Shown here: positions 19,126 through 28,642 of the stretch, piece after piece | Numbering within the stretch: the first letter of the stretch is position 1 | Layout of the letters: each line of letters opens with the position of its first letter | Virus record (IMG/VR): IMGVR_UViG_3300021963_009993 | Span: 96,001-160,000 of that record | Source of the DNA: a virus | DNA: 64,000 nt | Direction: 5' to 3' (one strand) | Notes under the pieces: generated by a model | What the model was told of the DNA's origin: nothing | Seen by the model: only the letters and a program-made list of their open reading frames with translations | Databases searched by the model: none | Position numbers and translations under genes: made by a program

Positions 19126-19887
19126 ATGAAAATCAACCATTTAAGTGTTAGTCGTTCTCAATGTTTTGAGCAATGTCAACAACAGTATAAATATAAATAT
19201 CATCTGCAAGTAATTCCAGACAAACCTGAGCAACTTTACTTCATGTATGGAAAGCTCGTACATAAGGCTGCGGAGCTATATGTTGAAGGCAAGGGAGAAG
19301 AACCAATCGAAAAAATTGGTGAAAAACTATTGAAAAAAGAGATACTTTTTGAAAACACAAATGATTTACACCGACTTACACCGGAATACAACAATAAATT
19401 CTGGAATCATTTACTAGCTGTAAAAAAGCTCACGGATAAAATCGGTTTTGAAGGAGAAGTAGAACACAAAATAGAATATGATCTTTTTCCACCTAACAAA
19501 AAAATATTACTGGGTTTCATAGATCGTCTTTTTTTTAAAAATGATTGTGCTTTTATAATTGACTATAAAACTTCAAAAGACAATGCATGGAGAAAAAACA
19601 AAACTACAATCAAACAAGATTTGCAAATGAATTCATATGCTCTTTATGTAAATGAAAAGTTCAATATACCTCCTGAAAAAATAAACGCAGCCCTTTTCTA
19701 TTTGGAAGGTGGCAAAATGGTTAGTACTAATTTCACAGAAGAAAATTTGAAGAAGTGCAAGGAAAAACTTAAAAACCTCTATTGCAATATTGAAGAGATA
19801 GATGAGAATAAGGCTATTGGAAATGTAGGAAATCATTGCTATAGATGTGATTATTCCAACATTTGCCCTTTCTTCAGAACGAGATAA
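19126..19887 (+). CDS. PD-(D/E)XK exonuclease, Cas4/AddB-like with Fe-S cysteines
   Basis: N-terminal C.QQY, GFIDRL...IIDYKT, DLQM..YA and C-terminal CYRCDYSNIC. Confidence 0.85.
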   Translation: MKINHLSVSRSQCFEQCQQQYKYKYHLQVIPDKPEQLYFMYGKLVHKAAELYVEGKGEEPIEKIGEKLLKKEILFENTNDLHRLTPEYNNKFWNHLLAVKKLTDKIGFEGEVEHKIEYDLFPPNKKILLGFIDRLFFKNDCAFIIDYKTSKDNAWRKNKTTIKQDLQMNSYALYVNEKFNIPPEKINAALFYLEGGKMVSTNFTEENLKKCKEKLKNLYCNIEEIDENKAIGNVGNHCYRCDYSNICPFFRTR

Positions 19888-19889
19888 TT

Positions 19890-20351
19890 ATGTCTATTAA
19901 AAAGAAAGAACAAAAAAAGCTGGCCATGAGCCACATGATATTTCTTACCGAAGAACAAAGATATGATCTTTTCAACGGAGTAAAAATAGAAGCGGTTGGA
20001 ATACTTACTCAAATTGATTTTGTTAAGAATTATAAAAACCATATTAATCAAGAAGTTTTCTGCAAATATTTTATAGATTGTGAACCTGAAAATCCAGCAA
20101 TCAGAGCTTATGCAGAACATTATGAAATTCATATTCCGATGGAATACGATGCGGAATCATTTTTTGCTGCAAAGAACTTTGATGTAGTATACATTCATGA
20201 CATATTGAATAAAAAAGATGGAGGCAAGGAAATGATTTTCTTTGAAAAAGCATTTAAAAATAGTAAAAACAATTTGGATTCTTATCACAAAGTTGAAATA
20301 AAAGATATCAAATTTTTTGATGAATCCATGATGTTTTCAAAAATTAGTTAG
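19890..20351 (+). CDS. Hypothetical protein
   Basis: Start refined to the ATG at 19890 directly after the nuclease stop. Confidence 0.5.
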   Translation: MSIKKKEQKKLAMSHMIFLTEEQRYDLFNGVKIEAVGILTQIDFVKNYKNHINQEVFCKYFIDCEPENPAIRAYAEHYEIHIPMEYDAESFFAAKNFDVVYIHDILNKKDGGKEMIFFEKAFKNSKNNLDSYHKVEIKDIKFFDESMMFSKIS

Positions 20352-20878
20352 CAATTTCTTAATGAAATTGTATATTTTACAGTAATATTTGTTCCGGCAG
20401 GTACGCTTACGGGTTGTGCCAAAGGAACACTTGAATAAAGAGTTGCACTAGTATTTGTTGCTCTATCAGTTAAAAACAAATTTCTTACTGGTCCCCAACT
20501 ACCTGTTGTGGCAACAAATGTTCCCGGTGTTTTTGTTCCAGCAGCAACTGTTTCTCCTATGATGTTTATTTGAAAACCAGTAGAGCTACCATTGCTTGGA
20601 ACTCCAATTCTCGCATAACCATTGCCGTTAGGTTCGCCAACTAGACTGTCTATGGTATCAGTAAATTGTATTGATATTCTATTATCAAGACCTATGTAAT
20701 AGTTTGATGGTATATAAGCGTTTCCAGAATTACCGCCTATAAACAAGGCACTTAATATCTTGCTTTCTCCACCGAGATGAAGTAAATTGTAGATATTTTC
20801 CTCAAGATAAAGTATTTCATCTCCACGATGTACTTTAAATTCATTTATTTTTAGAATTCCGTGCCAATCTTTTTTCAT
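20348..20878 (-). CDS. Putative tail/baseplate structural protein
   Basis: YIGLD...EP.GNGYARI...F.ATTGSWGPV..LFL pattern seen in phage tail proteins; weakly similar to 162-635. Confidence 0.5.
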   Translation of the reverse strand: MKKDWHGILKINEFKVHRGDEILYLEENIYNLLHLGGESKILSALFIGGNSGNAYIPSNYYIGLDNRISIQFTDTIDSLVGEPNGNGYARIGVPSNGSSTGFQINIIGETVAAGTKTPGTFVATTGSWGPVRNLFLTDRATNTSATLYSSVPLAQPVSVPAGTNITVKYTISLRNC

Positions 20879-20898
20879 AATTTTACCTACATATATTT

Positions 20899-21120
20899 AT
20901 GATCTCATTCAAAGAATATATCAAACTTCAAGAAATTGCTGGTAATTTTGGTCTGGAACCACCGAAAGAATTCGATCCACAACCAAAAGATTCCATAAGT
21001 AACTTAGAAAAACCTCCAACATTTGAATCAGAAAAATCAAATTTGCAAAAAGTAAAAGAAAAAGAAGATATAGAAAAAAATCGCCGTAAAACTTTCGTTA
21101 AACGGCGATTTTTAAAATAA
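20899..21120 (+). CDS. Small protein with capsid-targeting-like N-terminus
   Basis: MISFKEYIKLQE. Confidence 0.6.
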   Translation: MISFKEYIKLQEIAGNFGLEPPKEFDPQPKDSISNLEKPPTFESEKSNLQKVKEKEDIEKNRRKTFVKRRFLK

Positions 21121-21129
21121 AAATTTCAA

Positions 21130-21486
21130 TCAATCATCGTCTTCTTCGTCTTCTTCGTCTTCTTCGTCTTCATCCTCTTCATCGTCCCAATCATCATCAT
21201 CCTCGTCTTCATCGTCCCAATCATCATCCTCGTCTTCGTCTTCGTCTTCATCCTCGTCTTCATCATCCCAATCATCTTCCTCATCGTCCCAATCGTCTTC
21301 GTCTTCGTCCTCATCGTCATCCCAACTATCCCAATCATCTTCATCGTCATCTTCATCATCTTCATAAGATGTAGATAATTTAGGTTCAATAATTGTACAA
21401 AAACCAGAATCATTTAACGAAGAGAAAAAGCAATCAATATTTTCTTCATTTAATTTTGGATTGATGTTTCTTAAAAACCAACGCAT
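21130..21486 (-). CDS. Highly acidic D/E/W-repeat protein
   Basis: About 75 C-terminal residues are almost all D/E, with periodic W (DDDWDDEDEDE). Confidence 0.7.
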   Translation of the reverse strand: MRWFLRNINPKLNEENIDCFFSSLNDSGFCTIIEPKLSTSYEDDEDDDEDDWDSWDDDEDEDEDDWDDEEDDWDDEDEDEDEDEDEDDDWDDEDEDDDDWDDEEDEDEEDEEDEEDDD

Positions 21487-23129
21487 TATTTAAACCCCCT
21501 GCAATTTGAAACATATGAAACACGACCGCATGATGTATGATAGCGTATATCACAATTATTTTCAAATTTTGGTTCAGGAATTGGTGTAGTTCCTGCACAG
21601 CTTCCATATGTGCAACATCCTGTATTATTTTTAGGCTTCCAACACTTGCCATACTCTGGATTACCTTTAATCTTACAGTTGTTTGTAAAACAATCACATT
21701 GGAATATATTTCTTACAAGATTGTTCTCCTGATCTTTCGACCACACATCACCCTCTTTATCACCAAATACATTCTTTCCAAAAATGTATTCCATGAAATA
21801 CTTGGCTGCATTTAAAGAATCATCGACACAACATGCCTCATTAACACCCGGAGCAAATCCCTGCATTTGGTACATTTCATCTACAGGTATACAAACATTC
21901 ATGTCCATTAAATTTTGAACACCCATAGATTCAACTGCGTCAGGAACGATGTGCTTAAGTTGTACCTTTAAGCTAGCTTTCTTGATTTGCAAATCATTAA
22001 AGTGTGTAATCTTTGTGACATTTTTCTCGAAATTGTTCACATTGCTCATGCTCATGGCACGAACAGCAAAGACATTTCTATTATTGAAAACTTTGGTCAA
22101 AACATCAGCATGAGACTCAGGTCTTGCTGCATCCACTTGCTGCCATGTCTTACAGAATGTTTCAAAGAAGTTAGATGCAGCTGGGGCTATTTTGCAAGCT
22201 TCAAGGAATGTATCTTTCAAATACTCTCTAGCCTTAACAATAGCTAATTTGTTGTTTCCAAACTTGTCAACCAAACCACAAAGAACATCATAGAAAATTC
22301 CTGTCATAACCCTTGAAAAAGAATGAGGTTCAGATGATAATTGATCATTCGGAGCATTGTGTGGCAATGTCTCAGGTTTGATGTAATTAAATGTGTTAAA
22401 AGCATTTCTCAAACCATGACTAAAACCAAGTTCAGCACCAAACTGTTCTGCCACTTCACTAATAATATTATTTTGTCTTAGATTACCGTTTGTTCTTTCC
22501 ATAAGATAATTCAAAACAATATCATAATGTAATGTTGCTAATATAGCTGTTATGTCACCAAAAGCTTCATGGAAAGCCCAAATTTCCATAGAAGCCATGC
22601 TGAAAAACTCTGGTCTAATTGCATCCAACAAAGCATGACCTAATTCATGAGATACAATATCAGCAGACAAACAGGTATAAACTGTTTCTTTACCCTTAGT
22701 GAAATAAAAGAACTTCAAAAATGACCTGTCATAATAGGCATTTGCCTGTTGACCAGCCAAAGGATTGACTTGAAGTGTGTCAACCATTGCCCACTTTGTT
22801 ATATTCAATTTAGGATTCAAGAAGTTAATTGTATTAGCCAATACACCATAAGCATTTGCAGCTTTGCCACCATTTGTGTTAAAATCCATTTCATTAGGAT
22901 TTAAATACATAACAGATATTTTTAATCTATCTGGTTTAACATCAGCTACACTTTCTGTTAGTGCTGGATATGCTGGATCATTTACATAAAATCTCATTTT
23001 GCCTCCAAATGGGTCTATTTTTTGAATAACAGGTGGTGTTGGAATCTTGTTGTTAATCTTAGGAGGTCTTCTCCATACTACATTAAATAAGTCCATTGCC
23101 TTATCATATAAATACTTGCAATTGAACAT
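21486..23129 (-). CDS. Zinc metalloprotease, thermolysin/fungalysin (M4/M36)-like
   Basis: NAYY...HELGH...HEAFGD and EPHSFS motifs; GGAGGTG RBS; Cys-rich C-terminus. Confidence 0.85.
   Translation of the reverse strand: MFNCKYLYDKAMDLFNVVWRRPPKINNKIPTPPVIQKIDPFGGKMRFYVNDPAYPALTESVADVKPDRLKISVMYLNPNEMDFNTNGGKAANAYGVLANTINFLNPKLNITKWAMVDTLQVNPLAGQQANAYYDRSFLKFFYFTKGKETVYTCLSADIVSHELGHALLDAIRPEFFSMASMEIWAFHEAFGDITAILATLHYDIVLNYLMERTNGNLRQNNIISEVAEQFGAELGFSHGLRNAFNTFNYIKPETLPHNAPNDQLSSEPHSFSRVMTGIFYDVLCGLVDKFGNNKLAIVKAREYLKDTFLEACKIAPAASNFFETFCKTWQQVDAARPESHADVLTKVFNNRNVFAVRAMSMSNVNNFEKNVTKITHFNDLQIKKASLKVQLKHIVPDAVESMGVQNLMDMNVCIPVDEMYQMQGFAPGVNEACCVDDSLNAAKYFMEYIFGKNVFGDKEGDVWSKDQENNLVRNIFQCDCFTNNCKIKGNPEYGKCWKPKNNTGCCTYGSCAGTTPIPEPKFENNCDIRYHTSCGRVSYVSNCRGFK
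23107..23114 (+). promoter_or_regulatory. T4-type late promoter TATAAATA
   Basis: Perfect consensus, 37 nt upstream of ATG 23152. Confidence 0.55.
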
Positions 23130-23151
23130 AATTCACCTCCAAAGGATATTT

Positions 23152-23670
23152 ATGAATATCGAAGAAAGAATTAGGGAACAAAGAACATCAGAAGCTACAA
23201 GAAAAAATTTTATGGGCATAGAAGGCAAAATATGCCTAATAGCAAGATTCCTAGGTAGCCAAATAATAAACCAAGGTTATTCACCAGAATACCTAGATTA
23301 TGATAGTTTCTATACTACAGATCCAAATGAAATACCTACTTTTGATGATGAATTTTCTTCAAACGAAGTTGGATATTCATTTGATGGCCTTTCAAGAGGT
23401 ATTCATATGAATATAACCTACATAGAATCACAAGCCATAATCAAACTATGGTATAAAGGGTATTTGACATACCATGAAGAGGAAGGAAACCTTCAAACTT
23501 ACATACCAAATGATATTTGGGAAAACCAAATTGAAAATCTTTACAAGATAGTTGAATTGCAATTAAAGAAAAAAATAGAACAGTACAAAAAAGAAGAACC
23601 GGCAATTACTAAAGCAATTGAGAAAAGTGAATTACAAAAATTAAGAGACAGATGGGGCGATATTATCTAA
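23152..23670 (+). CDS. Hypothetical protein
   Basis: Start refined to MNIEERIRE after AAAGGA. Confidence 0.6.
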   Translation: MNIEERIREQRTSEATRKNFMGIEGKICLIARFLGSQIINQGYSPEYLDYDSFYTTDPNEIPTFDDEFSSNEVGYSFDGLSRGIHMNITYIESQAIIKLWYKGYLTYHEEEGNLQTYIPNDIWENQIENLYKIVELQLKKKIEQYKKEEPAITKAIEKSELQKLRDRWGDII

Positions 23671-23795
23671 CTGTTTGTTTTTGATTCGCAATTTAAACAC
23701 TTGTAAACCTTAGTGCCATCACAATAATCATGTGAATCAACACAGACTGTTTTAAATCCACACTCGTAACAGATTACTATTGATTCGTTTTCCAT
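23667..23795 (-). CDS. 42-aa zinc-ribbon protein, not in the ORF track
   Basis: MENESIVICYECGFKTV...YKCLNCESKTNS* has two CxxC pairs; follows the 23801-24625 stop. Confidence 0.6.
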   Translation of the reverse strand: MENESIVICYECGFKTVCVDSHDYCDGTKVYKCLNCESKTNS

Positions 23796-23800
23796 GATAA

Positions 23801-24625
23801 TTAGGGAGGGGTTACAAGGTCGGCTGAAGTAAGAACATATGGAGTTTCCATAATTGCTGTCAAGTTGCCAGCTGTATATGTGTAAAATGTTTTCTTTGCC
23901 AAATATCCCTCTGTGGCTCCAGCTGGATATTTAATTTCATAATCTAAAACGGTTCCCGTATAGCTTCTCTTGTAAAACCAATAACCATCACTTGATCCAG
24001 CAAGTAATTGCCAATCTGGAGTAGGACTTGCTGGATTAAAACCAGCAGCTGTGATTACTGCTGCATCAACAGCACTTAAAGGATTCAACAAAACAAGTCT
24101 GTCAGGGCCAAGATTTGGATAATCAAATCTGTTTTCTAAGGCGTACTTTTCAAAAAGAGTCGGAAGTTCACCAACAGGTGCCTCATAATTGAATTTTAAA
24201 ATAGATTCAGCAGCACCATTTGAAACATAAGCTCTAAAATTACCCTTACTTCTCTTAGCCTTAATCAAGATTTTATTTAGCGTAGTTGAACTTTTTCCAC
24301 TTGAATACAATTGTGCAACAAATAGATCCGCAAATGTTGCATTTGCATTCAAACTGTTCACAACTTCCAAAGCGGTCACAGATGCGATATTGGTAGCTGT
24401 TATTGTTATTGGTAAAGATGCATAGCCCAACAATGCTGGATCATATGCATAATTTAAAGTCAAAACGGTGTTACCAGTTAGATTGTAAGGCTCAACATTT
24501 CCACATAGCATGTAATCGCTACGATTGGTGTTTCCCTTTAACTTAAAGCCAGTTTGATATTGTCTATCAGATCCTATTAAAGAAGGTCTAAATTCAAAAT
24601 CAAACACATTTTGGAAAAATGGCAT
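23801..24625 (-). CDS. Putative virion structural protein
   Basis: 274 aa, Ala/Thr-rich; TAAATA upstream on the minus strand at 24653-24658. Confidence 0.45.
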   Translation of the reverse strand: MPFFQNVFDFEFRPSLIGSDRQYQTGFKLKGNTNRSDYMLCGNVEPYNLTGNTVLTLNYAYDPALLGYASLPITITATNIASVTALEVVNSLNANATFADLFVAQLYSSGKSSTTLNKILIKAKRSKGNFRAYVSNGAAESILKFNYEAPVGELPTLFEKYALENRFDYPNLGPDRLVLLNPLSAVDAAVITAAGFNPASPTPDWQLLAGSSDGYWFYKRSYTGTVLDYEIKYPAGATEGYLAKKTFYTYTAGNLTAIMETPYVLTSADLVTPP

Positions 24626-24659
24626 ATTAACCCCGTTTATAAATATATAAGCTATTTAT

Positions 24660-25130
24660 TTACAAGCCACGCAAAATCATTCTTAAATTATCAACATCAT
24701 TTCTGCTTTTTTCAATTTGGGACTCATAAAAAATTTCCATCCATCTCTTGTCAGGTTCATCAAGAAGGTTCAGATCAACGGAAATTCTCATGGCATAATT
24801 TTCCACAACCTCAGTTTCCATCTTCAAAGCATATTCCAAAAGTTCCTTAAGATCATATGAAACCATATAATCATTATGCTCTTTTACTTGTAAAGATGCT
24901 GTAACATCTGCTCCCAAACCAAGTATTGCATTTTGAAATTCATACACATGTTTCATTTCTTCACCAGCCTCATGAAGAAACATTTCTTTGTATTCTTCTC
25001 TATGAAGACCAGATACAGTTGAAGCAGCTGTCAAATAAAATAACATGTGCTTGCGCTCATTCTTCAAATCATCAAGCATCAAATTGACAAAATGACAGTA
25101 ATTTTCATTCTTCAGCATTTTAAACTCCAT
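24660..25130 (-). CDS. Ferritin-like (bacterioferritin-type) four-helix protein
   Basis: E...Y, EEMKH and E.EVVENY ferroxidase-like pattern; start 25130 or 25142. Confidence 0.7.
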   Translation of the reverse strand: MEFKMLKNENYCHFVNLMLDDLKNERKHMLFYLTAASTVSGLHREEYKEMFLHEAGEEMKHVYEFQNAILGLGADVTASLQVKEHNDYMVSYDLKELLEYALKMETEVVENYAMRISVDLNLLDEPDKRWMEIFYESQIEKSRNDVDNLRMILRGL

Positions 25131-25199
25131 GTAATTACTCATTTTATTATAGTTAGAAATCATGTTTTGTTCAAAGGCATATATACACTTGAGGCCTAT

Positions 25200-26999
25200 A
25201 TGTCTAAAAGTTTATGGCGAAAAAAATATAAAACACTTAGAGAATACTACAAAAAAGAATTCGACCCAGAATTCTATGATTTTGATGATTATGTTTTGGA
25301 AATAGATCCAGATGAAACATTTGATGAAATAAACAATTATTCTGTCGAAAGACAGAACGAAGAAATTGTAAAATGCGTCAATAGTTTTGGTTACTTCTGT
25401 CAGAAATACATCAGAATTCTTCATCCAACCAAAGGATTAATACCGTTCATTCTTTTCAAATATCAAGTTAAATGTATACAAGAATATGAAAAACACAGAT
25501 TCAGCATTATTTCTAAATTCCGGCAGGGAGGTCTGACAACAGTAACTTTGATATATGGTTTGTGGAAATGCATGTTCCAACTAGATCAACAAATCATGGC
25601 ATTATCAAAGACTGACCGTGAAGCAACAAACATAGGCATGATGGTTGACCGTGCAGTAGAGAATATGCCATCTTGGCTATCGCCCAAAAAAGATGGCAAA
25701 TGGAATGATCACTTAAAACAATTCAAAGATACTGGCGGGGCATTGCAGTTTTATAGCCCAGAAGCTGCTCGTGGTAAGTCAGTAACATTCCTCATTATCG
25801 ATGAGGCAGCATTTATACCAGACATGGAAAACCATTGGAAAGCCATGTGGCCCGTGCTATCAACAGGTGGTTCTTGTGTTTTGATTTCTACTGTTAATGG
25901 TCTTGGCAACTGGTATGAGGAGACTTATACCAAGGCTAAAGACGGCAAAAACATGTTTCATGTAATTGATTTGGACTATTGGGAACATCCAGATTACAAC
26001 GAAAAAAACCACCCCGGATGGGTTGAAGAACAAAAAGCCCAACTTGGTGAAAAAGGTTTCATGCAAGAAGTCATGAGATCCTTTTTGGGATCGGGAGAAA
26101 CTTATATACCGGCAGAAAAAATATCAGCATTAGACCAAGAATTAAGGAAGATAAATCCCATAAAGAAACTTTTCCCTAGATTCGTAAACAAAGATAACAC
26201 AGCGGAAGAATTTTATGACGAAATAAGCAAAGGTGCCCTATGGATCTGGCAAGAATCTAAACCCGGACATGAATATGCACTTGGAGTTGACTGTGCCGAA
26301 GGAGTTGGAAGTGAGGGCGACAACTCTTGCATACAAATAATCGATGTAAACAGACTTGAACAAGTAGCTGAATTTTACAGCAATACAATAACGCCACATG
26401 ATTTGGCAAATGTTGTTTTTGAACTAGGAATTTTATACAACACGGGACTTATAATAGTAGAAGATATGGCAAGTGGTGGCATCGTCCTAGAAATGTTGCA
26501 GCATGATCTCAGTTATGAAAATCTTTTTGTGTCCCAGAAAAACGCAAGAAATATGAGGCCAGGCTTAAAGATAACAACAGCAAATCGTTCAAATGTTTTA
26601 CAAGGATTTCAATCAAGAGTATTGAACAATTCACTCAGAATAAACAGCAGAAGGCTTTTGCGTGAAATGAAAACATTTGAATTTAACAACACTACAAAAA
26701 AAGCATCCGCTGCAAAGGGAAAACATGATGATGCGATAATGGCTATGGCTATCGCCTTGTATGGAAGAGATCAAACCGTTCGTGATGTTCCTTTGGGAAT
26801 TGATGGTTCTGATGCAAAGGGAAAATCACAAACCATGCTTGCTGATATCAAAGAAGAATTACGAAAAGGATTACAAGAAAGCATTCTTGAAAAAGTCATA
26901 AATAGAGAAAAGAAAACAAATCTTGATGAAAGTGACCAAGAATTATTAATATCAATGTATAGAAAAAAACACGATATATGCAAGGAGTTTAACTGGTAA
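25200..26999 (+). CDS. gp17: Terminase large subunit (T4 gp17-like)
   Basis: Walker A-like SKFRQGGLTT, Walker B FLIIDEAAF, coupling STVNG, nuclease GVDCAEG and HDDAIMA; GAGG RBS before ATG 25200. Confidence 0.93.
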   Translation: MSKSLWRKKYKTLREYYKKEFDPEFYDFDDYVLEIDPDETFDEINNYSVERQNEEIVKCVNSFGYFCQKYIRILHPTKGLIPFILFKYQVKCIQEYEKHRFSIISKFRQGGLTTVTLIYGLWKCMFQLDQQIMALSKTDREATNIGMMVDRAVENMPSWLSPKKDGKWNDHLKQFKDTGGALQFYSPEAARGKSVTFLIIDEAAFIPDMENHWKAMWPVLSTGGSCVLISTVNGLGNWYEETYTKAKDGKNMFHVIDLDYWEHPDYNEKNHPGWVEEQKAQLGEKGFMQEVMRSFLGSGETYIPAEKISALDQELRKINPIKKLFPRFVNKDNTAEEFYDEISKGALWIWQESKPGHEYALGVDCAEGVGSEGDNSCIQIIDVNRLEQVAEFYSNTITPHDLANVVFELGILYNTGLIIVEDMASGGIVLEMLQHDLSYENLFVSQKNARNMRPGLKITTANRSNVLQGFQSRVLNNSLRINSRRLLREMKTFEFNNTTKKASAAKGKHDDAIMAMAIALYGRDQTVRDVPLGIDGSDAKGKSQTMLADIKEELRKGLQESILEKVINREKKTNLDESDQELLISMYRKKHDICKEFNW

Positions 27000-27000
27000 A

Positions 27001-27780
27001 ATGTACACGCCACAAATAACAATCAACATGGAGGAGTATAAAGAAGCAATCAAATCATCTTTGTACGATGAAAAATGGATTTATAATTTATACAAAAACA
27101 AGAATACAATATGTGAATTTTTAAAACCACACCTAAAAAACCCTAAGAAAGCTTTTGTTGAATTTTTGAAGACATCGGAACTTCAACCACTTTTAGAAGG
27201 TATGAAAACCACATGTTTGGATGAAAAAGCTGCAAGAATAATATTTGAAGCTGGTAAAAGCGAAACTACAATAATGATTATAGAAAACTTGATTGAAAAG
27301 ACTGAGAATGATGCTCATATAGTCAAGCTATTACTTAATGAATACATGAACATTAATGGAAACTTTTTTGACGCAGAAATAAAACCTTTTCCAGAAAACA
27401 TTGATGAAACAACAAGTTTCATTAGAACATTTAACATAAAAACAAACAATGACACTTTTTATGTCAGAATTAAAGACACAGGATTAGACATAGCCAACAA
27501 TACTGAAATAAATGAATACTTCGATTCAAGAACAAAAAATAAAGCTATTAAGAAAAGATATGTTCATGAAAATGATATGACGAACCAAGAATACAGAAAT
27601 ATCGTGAGAAAATTAATCAGCTTAAAAGAAGCTGAAATACCTTGTCAAAAACTACACCTAAACTCAAATGATTGTCCATACAAGGTTGTATACAGGGGAA
27701 ACCAAACAGTCATAGACGAAAATAAAGAAATTAAAATATGCAAGGAAAACATCAAAATAAGGATCATAAGTAAATCATGA
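27001..27780 (+). CDS. Hypothetical protein
   Basis: 259-aa ORF coupled to the terminase; no motif recognised. Confidence 0.5.
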   Translation: MYTPQITINMEEYKEAIKSSLYDEKWIYNLYKNKNTICEFLKPHLKNPKKAFVEFLKTSELQPLLEGMKTTCLDEKAARIIFEAGKSETTIMIIENLIEKTENDAHIVKLLLNEYMNINGNFFDAEIKPFPENIDETTSFIRTFNIKTNNDTFYVRIKDTGLDIANNTEINEYFDSRTKNKAIKKRYVHENDMTNQEYRNIVRKLISLKEAEIPCQKLHLNSNDCPYKVVYRGNQTVIDENKEIKICKENIKIRIISKS

Positions 27781-28103
27781 ACACAAATGAAAAAAAACTA
27801 AATGAACTTAAGATCCAGTTGGAAAAGATATACAGGCAATTCCCTGAACAATTCGCTGTCTCTAATGCAAAATCACATCTTAAGAAATGCATATTAGAAA
27901 TAGAACAAACACAAGCAAAAAGAAATAAAAGAAAATTAAACGATATTCAAAATCAAAAAACTATGCAATTTGCGTCATATGAGAACGCAAAAGCTGCATT
28001 GGAAATCCTAGACCAAATGCTTGAAGACCAACAGAAACAACTAGACAAACAAAATCAAGTAAAACAAAATACAAATCCACAAGATGAACTTTTCATGGGT
28101 TAA
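27777..28103 (+). CDS. Hypothetical coiled-coil protein
   Basis: ATGA overlap with the upstream gene; Gln/Lys-rich helices. Confidence 0.55.
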   Translation: MNTNEKKLNELKIQLEKIYRQFPEQFAVSNAKSHLKKCILEIEQTQAKRNKRKLNDIQNQKTMQFASYENAKAALEILDQMLEDQQKQLDKQNQVKQNTNPQDELFMG

Positions 28104-28560
28104 AACTTTTTTTAAGACATAAAAACTCTTGAATTTTTTTAAAAAAATCATCCTTATCAAAATTCTTCTCTTCAAATACAAGACAATTTTTATATTTTTC
28201 TGATATAAACTTCAATCTTTTTAGCCTTTCTGACAAATAGTTTTGAACAAATCTCTTGTCTATCAAACCAAATTTTCTCAAATCTATTTTTAAAATATCT
28301 CCAAATATTACGATAAATTTTATATCAGAATAAATATTCTGGTATCCAACTTGGTGATTGTAAAATAAAATATCATACCAATAGGCATTTGCGAATTGCC
28401 ATTTATGTGACAATGGTCTTATGTCATGGAAATTAGCATTTTCGTATATGTTATTGATTTCTGGAGAATAAACTGTTTGTATCTGTGGGTGAGATTCAAA
28501 CAAATCGTTCCAGAATTTAACATCTATGCCTAAATGTGTATGAATTAGAAATGGTTTCAT
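28093..28560 (-). CDS. Hypothetical protein
   Basis: Start refined to MKPFLIHTHLG. Confidence 0.45.
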   Translation of the reverse strand: MKPFLIHTHLGIDVKFWNDLFESHPQIQTVYSPEINNIYENANFHDIRPLSHKWQFANAYWYDILFYNHQVGYQNIYSDIKFIVIFGDILKIDLRKFGLIDKRFVQNYLSERLKRLKFISEKYKNCLVFEEKNFDKDDFFKKIQEFLCLKKSFNP

Positions 28561-28642
28561 TCGTTTGCCAAATAATATAATTAAGTGCAAAATACTAAAA
28601 TTTAACTATACATATAACAACGAAAGAATTTGAAGAGGTGCT

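Noticed and set aside
21126-21413. Met/Lys/Thr-rich alternative-frame ORF
   Set aside because: It is a frame-shifted reading of the D/E repeat; the acidic frame has the coupled start at 21486.
25047-25199. Longer terminase start given by the ORF track
   Set aside because: It overlaps the divergent ferritin-like gene; the GAGG RBS supports ATG 25200.
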